DNA from: an uncultured Clostridium sp.
Lineage (GTDB): Bacteria; Bacillota_I; Bacilli_A; RF39; UBA660
Direction: 5' to 3'
DNA length: 53,943 bases
Assembly (NCBI GenBank): GCA_964388545.1
Contig: CAYMAV010000005.1
Span: 298 to 54,240 of the forward strand
The notes beneath the pieces were generated by a model that saw only the letters and a list, made by a program, of their open reading frames with translations, was not told the origin of the DNA and ran no database searches. Made by a program: the position numbers and the translations under genes. This document shows positions 27,222-36,825 of the stretch, in pieces; the first letter of the stretch is position 1; the number at the start of each line of letters is the position of its first letter.

Positions 27222-29525
27222 ATGAAAGAAGAAAAAATAACAGGACTAACAGAAAAGGAAGTAGAAGAAAGATTTGCTAATAATTTAAATTATAAAGAGG
27301 TATCGGTTGCTACTCTTTCAATTGGCCAAATTATTAGAAAAAATTTGTTTACTTTATTTAATTTTTTAAATTTTGGTCTAGCTTTTTTACTTATAATGGT
27401 AGGAAAGTATAAACATATGCTTTTTATAGGAACAGTTATTTTTAATATGGTTATTAGCATTATCCAAGAGATAAAAGCTAAAAGAATAGTTGATAAATTA
27501 TCTATATTAAACCAAGGAGAAATAATTGTTTTAAGAAATGGTAAGGAAATTAGTTTAAAAAGAGACTTGATAGTTCTTGATGATATTATGGTTTTAAGAA
27601 ATGGTTCTCAAGTAGTAGCAGATTCGATATTAGTTGATGGAGAGTGTTTGGTTAATGAATCTTTTATTACTGGAGAAGATGTTCCAATAACTAGAAAAAA
27701 AGACGAAATGATTCTATCAGGAAGTTTTATTGTTGGTGGTAAGGCCTATGCCAAGGTTTTGCATATTGGAGAAGATAATTATACTTCTAAGATTAGTTTA
27801 GATGCTAAATATATAAAGAAATTAAATTCCGTTTTAATGATGACTTTAAATAAAATTATTAAATATATTTCTATTTTAATAGTTCCCATTGGAGCGGTTA
27901 TGTTTATTAATCAATATTTATGGTTAGATAATACTTTAACTCATTCAATTGTAGCAACAGTAGCAGCTCTTATTGGGATGATTCCAGAAGGCTTAGTATT
28001 ACTTACAAGTACAGTTTTAGCAGTAGCAGTCATTAGACTTAGCAAATATAATGTTTTAGTTCAAGAACTTTATTGTATTGAAATGTTAGCAAGAGTAGAT
28101 GTGCTATGTCTAGATAAAACAGGAACCTTAACAGAAGGTATTATGGAGGTTAAAGACATGGTTCCTCTAAGCAATTATTCGGTTAAAGAAGTAGAAGAAT
28201 TAATGGAAATACTTTGTGTTACCTTAGACGATTTATCTCCAACGATGAAAGCTCTGAAAGAAAGGTTTAAAAACGAAGAGGTAAGACCCTTTAAATATGA
28301 TGAGTTAATACCTTTTTCATCCGATAAGAAACATTCTAGATTAAGGGTAGGAGATTTAACTTATTGTTTGGGAGCACCAGAATATATAATTAAGGGATTT
28401 GATACTTCTAAATATAATAAGGATTATCGTGTGATCTTAGTAGCTGTCGAAGAAAAAAAGAAAGTTACACCAATTTCTCTTTTCTTAATACAAGATAAGA
28501 TTAGGAAGGAAGCTAAGGATACTCTTAAGTATTTTAAAGAACAAGGAGTAGAATTAAAAATAATATCCGGGGATAATCCAGAAACCGTATCTAATATTGC
28601 TAAGAGATTAGAGATGGATAATTATGATAAATATATTGATCTAACAGGAATTGATTCTAAGAAAGAATTAAAAAAAGCTTATTTAAATAACACTATTTTT
28701 GGAAGGGTTAGCCCACAGCAAAAAAAGGAATTAATACTTTTAATAAAGGAACTTGGTCATACAGTTGCAATGACTGGAGATGGGGTTAATGATTGTCTTG
28801 CTTTAAAAGAAGCAGATTGTAGCATCGCGATGGCATCCGGTAGCGATGCAGCAAGAAATGTAAGTCAATTAGTTTTAATGGATTCTAATTTTGATTCTAT
28901 GCCTAAAGTTGTAGAAGAAGGAAGAAGAAGTATTAATAATATTGGTAGAAGTGCTTCATTATTCTTAACAAAAACAATATATACGATTTTAATTGTTTTA
29001 ACAGTAATTTTCTTGCAATATCAATATCCATATCAGCCAATTCACTTAAGCATGATGAATTTGATTACCATTGGAATACCTTCTCTTGTTTTGGCTATGG
29101 AACCAAATGATGAAAGAGTAAAAAGTAATTTTTTGGTTAAGATTATCGCCAATGCTTTACCAACCGCACTAACGGTATATACAATACAATTCTTAATATT
29201 AGCCTTATCGGTACATATTAATATAAATCATTTAGAAATGTCTACAATCGCTGTTATTGCTAATACAACAATTATGCTTATTTATATTTACAAGTTGTCT
29301 TATCCTTTTAATATGGTTAGAAAGATTATGTTTTACTCGCTTATTACAATATTTTTAATTGAGGTTTGTTTCTTTAGAGACTTTTTCTCACTTGCTAAAA
29401 TAGATTTAAATTTATTGATGCATATTGGAATTGTCTTAACTTTATCTATGATATTGTGGAAAGCATATGATGAGTTTTTTGAAAGATTAAAGAAAACTAA
29501 AAAATTTAAAAAAATGTTTGAATAA
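27222..29525 (+). CDS. Cation-translocating P-type (E1-E2) ATPase
   Basis: Contains 'TGEDVPI', the phosphorylation motif 'CLDKTGTLTEG', 'MTGDGVNDCLALKEAD', and 10 predicted TM helices. Confidence 0.9.
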   Translation: MKEEKITGLTEKEVEERFANNLNYKEVSVATLSIGQIIRKNLFTLFNFLNFGLAFLLIMVGKYKHMLFIGTVIFNMVISIIQEIKAKRIVDKLSILNQGEIIVLRNGKEISLKRDLIVLDDIMVLRNGSQVVADSILVDGECLVNESFITGEDVPITRKKDEMILSGSFIVGGKAYAKVLHIGEDNYTSKISLDAKYIKKLNSVLMMTLNKIIKYISILIVPIGAVMFINQYLWLDNTLTHSIVATVAALIGMIPEGLVLLTSTVLAVAVIRLSKYNVLVQELYCIEMLARVDVLCLDKTGTLTEGIMEVKDMVPLSNYSVKEVEELMEILCVTLDDLSPTMKALKERFKNEEVRPFKYDELIPFSSDKKHSRLRVGDLTYCLGAPEYIIKGFDTSKYNKDYRVILVAVEEKKKVTPISLFLIQDKIRKEAKDTLKYFKEQGVELKIISGDNPETVSNIAKRLEMDNYDKYIDLTGIDSKKELKKAYLNNTIFGRVSPQQKKELILLIKELGHTVAMTGDGVNDCLALKEADCSIAMASGSDAARNVSQLVLMDSNFDSMPKVVEEGRRSINNIGRSASLFLTKTIYTILIVLTVIFLQYQYPYQPIHLSMMNLITIGIPSLVLAMEPNDERVKSNFLVKIIANALPTALTVYTIQFLILALSVHININHLEMSTIAVIANTTIMLIYIYKLSYPFNMVRKIMFYSLITIFLIEVCFFRDFFSLAKIDLNLLMHIGIVLTLSMILWKAYDEFFERLKKTKKFKKMFE

Positions 29526-29548
29526 AAAACCAGTATTTACTGGTTTTT
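29525..29548. terminator. Bidirectional terminator
   Basis: 'aaaaaccagta-tt-tactggttttt' lies between the convergent ATPase gene and a minus-strand ORF. Confidence 0.7.
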
Positions 29549-29731
29549 GCTTCTTAAAAATTTTTTTACTTTATTTTTAATTTCTTCTTTTTCTTTTTTA
29601 TCGCCATTATCTAATAAACTAGAAATATAATTATTAAATTCATCCTCTGTCATTTCAATAATCGGATCTAATTCTATCCCTGAAAAAATATCGAAAAGGA
29701 TATCATAGTTTATACTTTTGAAGGAATCCAC
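29537..29731 (-). CDS. Hypothetical small protein (possibly the 3' fragment of the same frameshifted gene)
   Basis: The start is GTG with no RBS. The reading frame is open from 29775 down. Confidence 0.35.
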   Translation of the reverse strand: MDSFKSINYDILFDIFSGIELDPIIEMTEDEFNNYISSLLDNGDKKEKEEIKNKVKKFLRSKNQ

Positions 29732-30197
29732 TACAGTATAAAGGCCATCTATGTTTAGAACTGGCCATAACAGTTAGTTGGTGATAAAGAGGAGCGACAT
29801 TATTTTCGTTATCAATTTCAATTGTATTGCTATATAAGTCATAACTTGATAATTTTTTTGGGATAAATGATAGAAGATCTAAAAGATTATTTGGTAAATC
29901 TTTTATATTTAATCTGTTAATATTATTATAAAAGTTTGTTAAATCTTCATCATTAAAGTTCTCAATCACCTTTTTGGCAAATTCTACAATATCTTCTCCA
30001 CATTTCATTTGAGCTAAGCGATCAAAATCAACAAAATCAAATTCTTTCCTAAAATAAGGAGTAAATCTTATTTGTCTTATATCCTTAGGATAATTTTTAT
30101 TGATAAGTTTCTTACTATTTATAAGTCTATATGTATTTTGATATATTTTAAGTGATAAAATTGGATTAAGAATTAATAAAAGCGTCAATAAATCCAT
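29703..30197 (-). CDS. Hypothetical protein (possibly the 5' fragment of a frameshifted gene)
   Basis: ORF with RBS 'aaggagg' upstream. No recognisable motif. It overlaps the next ORF, whose frame stays open well upstream of its GTG start. Confidence 0.5.
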   Translation of the reverse strand: MDLLTLLLILNPILSLKIYQNTYRLINSKKLINKNYPKDIRQIRFTPYFRKEFDFVDFDRLAQMKCGEDIVEFAKKVIENFNDEDLTNFYNNINRLNIKDLPNNLLDLLSFIPKKLSSYDLYSNTIEIDNENNVAPLYHQLTVMASSKHRWPLYCSGFLQKYKL

Positions 30198-30342
30198 AAT
30201 AAAACCTCCTTTTTCATTTAGTGCTATATTATAACATATATATTATAAAAAAAACATAATTTATTATATATTTATTAAGGTTTACGAAAAGTACTTTATG
30301 ATGTTATAATACATATATATTAAAGAAAAGAGGTAGAATTAA

Positions 30343-30960
30343 ATGTTTATAGGTAAATTTAATAAATCAATAGCTATTTCATACTTAGGGGTAGTATTTG
30401 CAGTTGTGGGAATGTATTTTGCTTTTTCAGAAAATTTTAAATTATCAGCGATTTGTTTAATGGCTGCAGGGGTATGTGATCTCTTTGATGGATTGGTAGC
30501 AAGAAGTATGAAAAATAGAACTAAAGATGATGAATTATTTGGAATTCAACTTGATTCTTTAGCTGATACTGTTAATTTTGTTGTTTTACCAATTGTAATC
30601 GGATATAACCTTGGACTTAGAGAGTGGTATCATATAATTGGATTTTCTTTACTTGCAATAGCAGGAATTCAAAGATTATGCCATTTTAATGTTGTTGTAA
30701 TTAATAAGAAGGATTCAGGACCAGTAAAATTTTTCAGTGGGCTTCCGGTAACATCAACATCGATAACTTTTCCATTAATTTATTTAATATCAAAGTTGAT
30801 TAGTCCAGGAACATATCATATTGTATATATTGTATTAGTTTATCTAACAGCATTCTTTTTTGTATTAAATATTAAAATTCCAAAATTAAAGGGTATTGCC
30901 TATCCGATAATGGCTATTTTAGCATTTGCTTTTACAATTTTATTGGTAGTGATTGAATGA
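30343..30960 (+). CDS. pssA: CDP-alcohol phosphatidyltransferase, probable phosphatidylserine synthase
   Basis: Motif 'DLFDGLVARS...GIQLDSLADTV' in a multi-TM protein. It is directly coupled to psd (ATGA overlap). Confidence 0.75.
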   Translation: MFIGKFNKSIAISYLGVVFAVVGMYFAFSENFKLSAICLMAAGVCDLFDGLVARSMKNRTKDDELFGIQLDSLADTVNFVVLPIVIGYNLGLREWYHIIGFSLLAIAGIQRLCHFNVVVINKKDSGPVKFFSGLPVTSTSITFPLIYLISKLISPGTYHIVYIVLVYLTAFFFVLNIKIPKLKGIAYPIMAILAFAFTILLVVIE

Positions 30961-31820
30961 GTAAAATTATTAATAGAAAGACAAAAGAAATTATAGAAAA
31001 TAAAAACCCAAAAGGTTCTTATTTTTTGTATAGTAGCTTTTTAGGAAGATTTATTTTAAAAATAGTTAATAAGCGATTTTTATCTGTTTTTGTTGGATTT
31101 TTCCTTAATAGAAGAATATCGAAATTACTAATAAAAAAATTTATTAAAAGTAATAATCTTAATATGGATGAATATGAAGATGTTAAATATAAGTCTTTTA
31201 ATCAGTTCTTTTCGAGAAAAATAAAAAATGGTAGTAGAAACTTTCCTAAGAATAAAAAGGAATTATGTAGTCCAGCGGATTCTAAATTGTTGATTTATAA
31301 AATTAATAAGGACTTAAAATTTATAATTAAGAATAAAGAGTATAATATTGAAAGAATCCTAAAAGATAATGAGTTAGCAAAAGAATTTAACAATGGTTAT
31401 TTATTAGTTTTTAGATTAGAAGTAGATGATTATCATCGCTATTCATATATTGATGACGGTAGTGTTATATTGAGAAAAAAAATAAAAGGATTATATAATA
31501 CCGTTGCGCCAATCGCCTTTGATCGTTTTAAGGTTTTTGAAGAAAATATTAGAGAATATGAAGTTCAGGATACAAATAAATTTGGAAGAGTAATTCAAAT
31601 GGAAGTAGGCGCGATGTTTGTTGGAAAGATAAAAAATTATTATCTAGAAAATTTTAAAAGAGGCGATGAGAAGGGTTATTTCTTATTTGGTGGATCAACA
31701 ATTATAATGATTTTTAAAGATAAATCTATTACAATAGATAAAGATATATTAGAAAATTCTAAAAACAACTTAGAAACAAAGATAGTTTTAGGTGAAAAAA
31801 TAGGAGAAGTTTATGAATAG
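30957..31820 (+). CDS. psd: Phosphatidylserine decarboxylase proenzyme
   Basis: 'FNQFFSRKI', 'SPADSK', 'VDDYHRY' and a self-cleavage site-like 'FGGSTI'. Confidence 0.8.
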   Translation: MSKIINRKTKEIIENKNPKGSYFLYSSFLGRFILKIVNKRFLSVFVGFFLNRRISKLLIKKFIKSNNLNMDEYEDVKYKSFNQFFSRKIKNGSRNFPKNKKELCSPADSKLLIYKINKDLKFIIKNKEYNIERILKDNELAKEFNNGYLLVFRLEVDDYHRYSYIDDGSVILRKKIKGLYNTVAPIAFDRFKVFEENIREYEVQDTNKFGRVIQMEVGAMFVGKIKNYYLENFKRGDEKGYFLFGGSTIIMIFKDKSITIDKDILENSKNNLETKIVLGEKIGEVYE

Positions 31821-32544
31821 ATTTAAGAAAGCAATATTGATTATTCATGGTTTTGCTGGTGGTACTTATGACCAAGAGGATCTAGCAACTTCTCTTGAAA
31901 CAAAGGGAGGGTTTGATGTATATTCTTTTACTCTACCTGGGCACGAGGTGAAGGATAAGACAAAAAGCACTGCCAAAATGTGGATTAAAGAATCAGAAAG
32001 ACAACTTCAACTTTTAATTGATTCTGGTTATAAAAGTATCTATCTAATTGGCCATAGTATGGGTGGAGTTATCGCATCTCATTTAGCAGCAACTCACAAA
32101 GAGGTAAAAAAACTTGTTTTGGGTGCTCCAGCATTTTCTTGCCTAGCTTCAAAGGGTGAGGGTGGTTTATTAAATATAATTAAAAATAGTTCTCAAATTA
32201 TTAAGGATTTTGATTTAAAGGAAGTTATATCAAGAGCTAAAAAATTACCAATTTCAGCAGTTAAAGAATTTTTTGATTTAGTAGAGCAATATAAGGATTC
32301 TATATACAAAGTAGAGGTTCCAGTATTAATAATTCATGGAGAGCATGATAATGTAGTACCAATAAGCATGTCTAAAAATATATTTAAAAATATGAAAAAT
32401 AATAAGAAAGTTTTAATCGTTGTAGAAGATTATAATCATGCTTTATTTAGGAGCAAGGAAAAGCAGGATTTGATAAATAATGAGGTAAGAAAATTTTTAA
32501 AAACAAATAAATTTCTTATAAAAGAGGTAGAAAAAAGACTATAA
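31813..32544 (+). CDS. Alpha/beta-hydrolase (carboxylesterase/lysophospholipase-like)
   Basis: 'ILIIHGFAGG', the nucleophile elbow 'GHSMGG' and 'IIHGEHDNVVP...HAL'. It overlaps psd by 8 nt. Confidence 0.75.
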   Translation: MNRFKKAILIIHGFAGGTYDQEDLATSLETKGGFDVYSFTLPGHEVKDKTKSTAKMWIKESERQLQLLIDSGYKSIYLIGHSMGGVIASHLAATHKEVKKLVLGAPAFSCLASKGEGGLLNIIKNSSQIIKDFDLKEVISRAKKLPISAVKEFFDLVEQYKDSIYKVEVPVLIIHGEHDNVVPISMSKNIFKNMKNNKKVLIVVEDYNHALFRSKEKQDLINNEVRKFLKTNKFLIKEVEKRL

Positions 32545-32574
32545 ATGTAGTTTAATAATGGTAAGGAGATAAAA

Positions 32575-33123
32575 ATGGAAGAAGATAAAATAATTAAAGA
32601 AACAGAAGAAAATATGAAGAAAGCGATTGAAAATTTAAAAAATAGATTTTCAGTGGTAAGAGCAGGAAGGGCTAATCCAGCTATTTTAGATGGAATAATG
32701 GTATCTTATTATAATGTAGATACACCATTAAGACAGTTAGCAACAATTTCGGTACCGGAAGCTAGACAGATATTAATTAAACCTTTTGATAAAACGTGTC
32801 TTCAACAAATTGAAAAGTCTATTTATGAAGCAGATATTGGTCTTACACCGGGAAATGATGGAGAAACAATTAGACTAATTATTCCGCAACTTACAGAAGA
32901 TCGTAGGGTTGAACTTACTAAACAAGTAAAGCAAATAGCAGAAGATTCTAAAATATCTATTAGAAATATTAGAAGAGAAGCGATTGAAGATATTGAAAAA
33001 CTAAAATTAGGTGAAGATATTGAAAAAAGAAAGTCTAATGAAGTACAAGACTTGGTTAATGAGTTTAACAAAAAAATTGATGAGTTGCTAAAAGAAAAAG
33101 ATGAAGAATTAATGAGTATTTAA
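32575..33123 (+). CDS. frr: Ribosome recycling factor
   Basis: 'RAGRANPAILDGIMVSYYNVDTPLRQLATISVPEARQILIKPFDK' and 'IPQLTEDRR'. Confidence 0.95.
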   Translation: MEEDKIIKETEENMKKAIENLKNRFSVVRAGRANPAILDGIMVSYYNVDTPLRQLATISVPEARQILIKPFDKTCLQQIEKSIYEADIGLTPGNDGETIRLIIPQLTEDRRVELTKQVKQIAEDSKISIRNIRREAIEDIEKLKLGEDIEKRKSNEVQDLVNEFNKKIDELLKEKDEELMSI

Positions 33124-33133
33124 TAAAAATAAG

Positions 33134-33166
33134 AATTGGATTTTATTTACAAAATTCAATTTTTTA
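33134..33166 (+). terminator. Rho-independent terminator after frr
   Basis: An 11-bp stem 'aattggatttt/aaaattcaatt' with one G-U pair, loop 'atttac', then a T-run. Confidence 0.7.
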
Positions 33167-33228
33167 TTTGTTTTATTGTTTATTTATTATAAAAAAGAGG
33201 TTATTTTAATAATAGGATAGAGGTATTT

Positions 33229-33975
33229 ATGAAAAGTAAAATTAAAAATCAAGGAAAAGATAATAAAAGTAAGAAAAAAATAGGTTTTACTTTAATAGAA
33301 TTATTAGCAGTTATTATTATTTTGGGAATATTAATAACAATTGCAGTAGTAGGTGTATCAAGATATATAAGGGATTCTAGAAAAGATTCGTATGTTGCAA
33401 CAGCAAAAAGCTATATATCTTCTGCTTTAAATTATGTGAATTCAGAAAAATTAGAAATGTTTGATGAAGGTATTACTTATTATTTACCTGAGAAATGTGT
33501 ACCTATGGAAAAAGCAAGAAGAAGTCCAAATGGTGACTTTAAGGAAGCATATGTTGCGGTTACTTATGATAAATATAGATTTAAGTAAATTTAACACTAT
33601 GAACGTAACTGATATGAGCTGGATGTTTAATTATTGCAATAGTATGACAAATATAGATTTAAGTAATTTTATAATATCAAATGTAAAAACTATGAAAGGT
33701 ATGTTTTGTCAAAATCAAAAATTAATTAATTTGGATTTGAGTTTTTTTAACGTTGCAAAAGAAATAGATATTTCTAAAATGTTTTATGGAAATTATGAGC
33801 TTACATATTTAAATATTCAAAATTTTAATATTAGTCTAATTGAGAATTCTGGTGGTCTTTTTCGAGGCTCATCTAGGATTAAGACAAGAGTAATTGTAAA
33901 AATCAAGAAGTTAAAAGTTTTCTTGAATCTAAATATTTAGAGGGGAATCCTAATTTAGTAATAACAACTATCTAA
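33229..33975 (+). pseudogene. Chimeric, frameshifted gene: type IV pilin-like N-terminus joined out of frame to DUF285/BspA-type leucine-rich repeats
   Basis: Frame 1 reads 'KKIGFTLIELLAVIIILGIL...AYVAVTYD' (prepilin motif and pilin core) and stops at 33588. Frame 2 continues from about 33571 with 26-aa repeats 'NIDLSKFNTMNVTDMSWMFNYCNSMT / NIDLSNFIISNVKTMKGMFCQNQKLI / NLDLS...'. A second frame change at the A5 run (33896-33900) returns to frame 1 with 'NQEVKSFLESKYLEGNPNLVITTI*'. Confidence 0.6.
33571..33666 (+). repeat. Exact 18-nt direct repeat 'aaatatagatttaagtaa' (33571-33588 and 33649-33666), 78-nt period
   Basis: Read directly from the sequence. The period equals one 26-codon DUF285 repeat unit. 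The first copy forms the pilin/DUF285 junction. Confidence 0.7.
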
Positions 33976-34077
33976 ATATTATAGCAATGATAATTATTAT
34001 AAAAAAATTCAAGTAACAAAAGATAAAATATTATCAAATAAATATCCAAATTTAAATTTTGTTATAAAATAATATTT

Positions 34078-34105
34078 AAAGTGTAGAATTAATCTACACT
34101 TTATT
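34078..34105 (+). terminator. Rho-independent terminator downstream of the pilin::DUF285 remnant
   Basis: 'aaagtgtaga-attaa-tctacacttt' followed by 'atttg'. Confidence 0.6.
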
Positions 34106-34197
34106 TGTCACTTAAAAGTTTTTTTAAGATAAATTCTTTCAATTTCTTGTATAATTAATAACTAAATGATAAGATTATTATGATAGTAGGTGACTAT

Positions 34198-34560
34198 ATG
34201 TTTATAATTGAATTTTTTAGAGATGTTCTTTCAGGTCCACTATACTTTGTTTATTTAATAGTGTGTATTGTGGTTTTTTTTGCTCTTTTAGGAGTGGTTG
34301 GCGATAGTAAAAGAGAAGCGATTGAGAAGAAATTAAAGGAGAAAAAATCCTATGATATTTCTTCAGGTAGAGAAGCTGAAATAGCATCTCTTGAATCAAA
34401 ACAGGTATTAGATGTTATGACAGAGGAAAAACCTAAAGAAGAAGAGGTTCCTCAGGTTATTGTCTTGGATTCTTCTAATCAAAGTACAGAAGGTAATAAG
34501 GATATTGTAAAAGAAATACCAATGGCTAATACTCCAGTAGTAACTAATCAAGATAATTAG
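34198..34560 (+). CDS. Small membrane protein upstream of cdaA
   Basis: ATG 34198 is preceded by 'aggtga'. It has one TM helix, 'LYFVYLIVCIVVFFALLGVV', then a charged tail. It ends 8 nt before cdaA. Confidence 0.5.
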   Translation: MFIIEFFRDVLSGPLYFVYLIVCIVVFFALLGVVGDSKREAIEKKLKEKKSYDISSGREAEIASLESKQVLDVMTEEKPKEEEVPQVIVLDSSNQSTEGNKDIVKEIPMANTPVVTNQDN

Positions 34561-34568
34561 GAGGACTT

Positions 34569-35396
34569 ATGAAAATTACTGTTGATTTAATAATAGATAT
34601 AATAAAAAGTACTGTAGATATAATGTTAGTTTGGCTAATGTTTTATTATCTAATGAAAAGTATAAAAAACAATGTAAAACTAACACTTATTTTTAAAGGA
34701 GTATTAATAATCGCTCTTTTAAAAATATTTAGTGATACTTTTGATTTAACAACTATTGGTTTTTTACTAGAATATGTAATTATGTGGGGGCCATTAGCAA
34801 TTATAATAATTTTTCAACCGGAAATTAGAAGTGTTTTAGAGGATTTAGGAAGAAGTCAACTTTTAGGTAGACATAAAACCTTAACAGTTGATGAAAGAGA
34901 AAAAATGGTTTATGAAATCGTTCAATCAATGGATTATCTTCGTAAACATAAAATAGGAGCTTTAGTCGTAATAGAAAGAAATGTAAGCTTGTCTGATTAT
35001 ATTGCTAAGGCAAAGAAAATATATGCAGATTTAACAGCTGATCTTTTAATATCGTTATTTTTCCCAAATAATCCAATGCACGACGGAGGAGTAATTATTC
35101 AAGGTAATAAAATAAGTTGTGCTGGAGCGGTATTTCCTACAAGTAGTAGTGAAAAAATAAGCAAAAGACTAGGAACAAGACATAGAGCAGCAGTTGGAAT
35201 ATCAGAAGAGACAGATTCTATTGCTATTTTAGTATCGGAAGAAACTGGTAGATTATCTCTTGCTATTAAGGGAGAACTATTCTACAACTTACCAATTGAT
35301 GAGGTTAGAATGATGCTTATCGACGAGTTAAGACCAAAGAAAGAATTATCGTTTGATGATGAAGAAGAGGATAGTATTTATGAAGAGAATATATAG
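34569..35396 (+). CDS. cdaA: Diadenylate cyclase CdaA (DisA_N/DAC domain, membrane-anchored)
   Basis: Three N-terminal TM helices. DAC motifs 'GALVVIER', 'MHDGGVIIQGNKISCAGAVFP' and 'GTRHRAAVGISEETDSIAILVSEETG'. Confidence 0.9.
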   Translation: MKITVDLIIDIIKSTVDIMLVWLMFYYLMKSIKNNVKLTLIFKGVLIIALLKIFSDTFDLTTIGFLLEYVIMWGPLAIIIIFQPEIRSVLEDLGRSQLLGRHKTLTVDEREKMVYEIVQSMDYLRKHKIGALVVIERNVSLSDYIAKAKKIYADLTADLLISLFFPNNPMHDGGVIIQGNKISCAGAVFPTSSSEKISKRLGTRHRAAVGISEETDSIAILVSEETGRLSLAIKGELFYNLPIDEVRMMLIDELRPKKELSFDDEEEDSIYEENI

Positions 35397-36735
35397 ATAT
35401 TTAATTAGATTTTTCAAAGGTATTTCAAACTTTTTTGATACTTTTATAATTAGTCCAATAGCAAAGATTTTTGTTAAGATAATCGACTTTTTTTTAAATA
35501 AGAAGAGTTCTAAATTTGAAAAAGTTATGGTTAGTAGAAATTCTCTTGTTATTATTTCTCTATTATTCGCGGTTTTATCCTTTTATATGGTAGAAAAAAA
35601 ATATATTTCAGTAGTTGATAAATCAGCGGAGATTTTATACAATCAAAAAGTTAATATTAATTATAATGAGGAACTTTATGTAATAGAGGGAATTCCTGAA
35701 TCGGTAGATGTTACTTTAGTTGGAAGAAAGATGGATGTTTATTTAGCAAAGCAAAAACCAATAGACGGGGTAACTCTTGATTTAACCGGATATTCTATTG
35801 GTAGTTATAATGTAACATTTAAATATGAACAAGCAGTATCTTCAGTAGATTATAAGGTAGATCCTTCTTCAGTAAATATTAGAATATATGATAAAATTTC
35901 GATAAATAAAGAAGTATCAACGGATATTATTCATAAGGATTATTTAGACTCTAAATTAAATATTGAAGGTGTAATATTAAATAGAGATGAAGCAATTGTA
36001 AAAGGGTCAGCTCACAAATTACAAGAGGTAGCAATCGTTAAAGCTTTAATAGATATGGAAAAAGTTAAAAGCGACAAGGAAGGAACAACGGTATTAAAGG
36101 ATGTACCTTTGATTGCTTATGATGTTAAGGGAAATAAATTAGAGGTTGAAATTGTTCCAAAGGTTGTTGATGCGACTGTTAAGATAACTTCACCGAGAAA
36201 ATTAGTACCGTTAAAACTAGTAGCAGAAGGAACGCTTGATGGAGTTGCTGTTAAGAGCCTAACATCTAATGTTCGAGAAGTAACAATTTATGGAAAGCAA
36301 GAAATCGTTGATAAAATTGAATTTTTAGAGGTTAAAGTAGATGTTAATGGTGTAAAAGATGATAAGACTTATAATATTAATTTAACTAAACCAGTAGGAG
36401 TAAGAGATATCGATATTAAGAGTATTACAGTAGAATTAAAAATCGATAAAATTAAGTCACGTGATATAAAAGATATTCCTATTGATGCGATTAATTTAAA
36501 TCCTAATTATACAGCTCAAGTAATAGGAGAGGATAATAGGACAGTAACTGTAATTGTTAATGGTAGTGGTGAAATAATTGAAGTGATTAAAAGTACTGAT
36601 ATCACTGCTTATGTTGATCTAAAAGGATTAGAACCAGGAGAACATACAGTATTAGTTAACGCTAAAGGAACAGATGATAGAGTTACTTATCTATCAAGAG
36701 TTAAGGAAATCAAAATAAAAATAATAAAAAAATAG
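35380..36735 (+). CDS. cdaR: CdaR (YbbR-domain) regulator of CdaA
   Basis: The position overlaps the cdaA 3' end. It has an N-terminal TM helix followed by repeated YbbR-like beta modules. ATG 35380 has RBS 'gaagaagagga'. Confidence 0.75.
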   Translation: MKRIYRYLIRFFKGISNFFDTFIISPIAKIFVKIIDFFLNKKSSKFEKVMVSRNSLVIISLLFAVLSFYMVEKKYISVVDKSAEILYNQKVNINYNEELYVIEGIPESVDVTLVGRKMDVYLAKQKPIDGVTLDLTGYSIGSYNVTFKYEQAVSSVDYKVDPSSVNIRIYDKISINKEVSTDIIHKDYLDSKLNIEGVILNRDEAIVKGSAHKLQEVAIVKALIDMEKVKSDKEGTTVLKDVPLIAYDVKGNKLEVEIVPKVVDATVKITSPRKLVPLKLVAEGTLDGVAVKSLTSNVREVTIYGKQEIVDKIEFLEVKVDVNGVKDDKTYNINLTKPVGVRDIDIKSITVELKIDKIKSRDIKDIPIDAINLNPNYTAQVIGEDNRTVTVIVNGSGEIIEVIKSTDITAYVDLKGLEPGEHTVLVNAKGTDDRVTYLSRVKEIKIKIIKK

Positions 36736-36760
36736 AAAGCCTCAAACTTGAGGTTTTTTC
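36736..36760 (+). terminator. Rho-independent terminator after cdaR
   Basis: 'aaagcctca-aact-tgaggttttttc'. Confidence 0.75.
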
Positions 36761-36825
36761 TTTCTTTTTAATAAGAGAGGTTTATTTTTAATTTTAGTCA
36801 TGTTATAATTTTTATGGTGATATAT

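Noticed and set aside
25970-30197. tRNA-Arg(CCT) as an integration site for a genomic island (VanZ-RDD, P-type ATPase and hypothetical genes downstream; Y-polymerase/YolD/ABC-F upstream).
   Set aside because: No integrase, recombinase or excisionase gene is present. I could find no direct repeat of the tRNA 3' end, and there are no phage or conjugation genes. The evidence for a mobile element is insufficient.
33461-33940. A 159-aa ORF treated as an independent gene.
   Set aside because: Its first ~37 codons are simply the alternative frame of the pilin gene. The real DUF285 homology starts only at about 33571 and lacks any N-terminal signal or RBS. It is better explained as part of a chimeric pseudogene.
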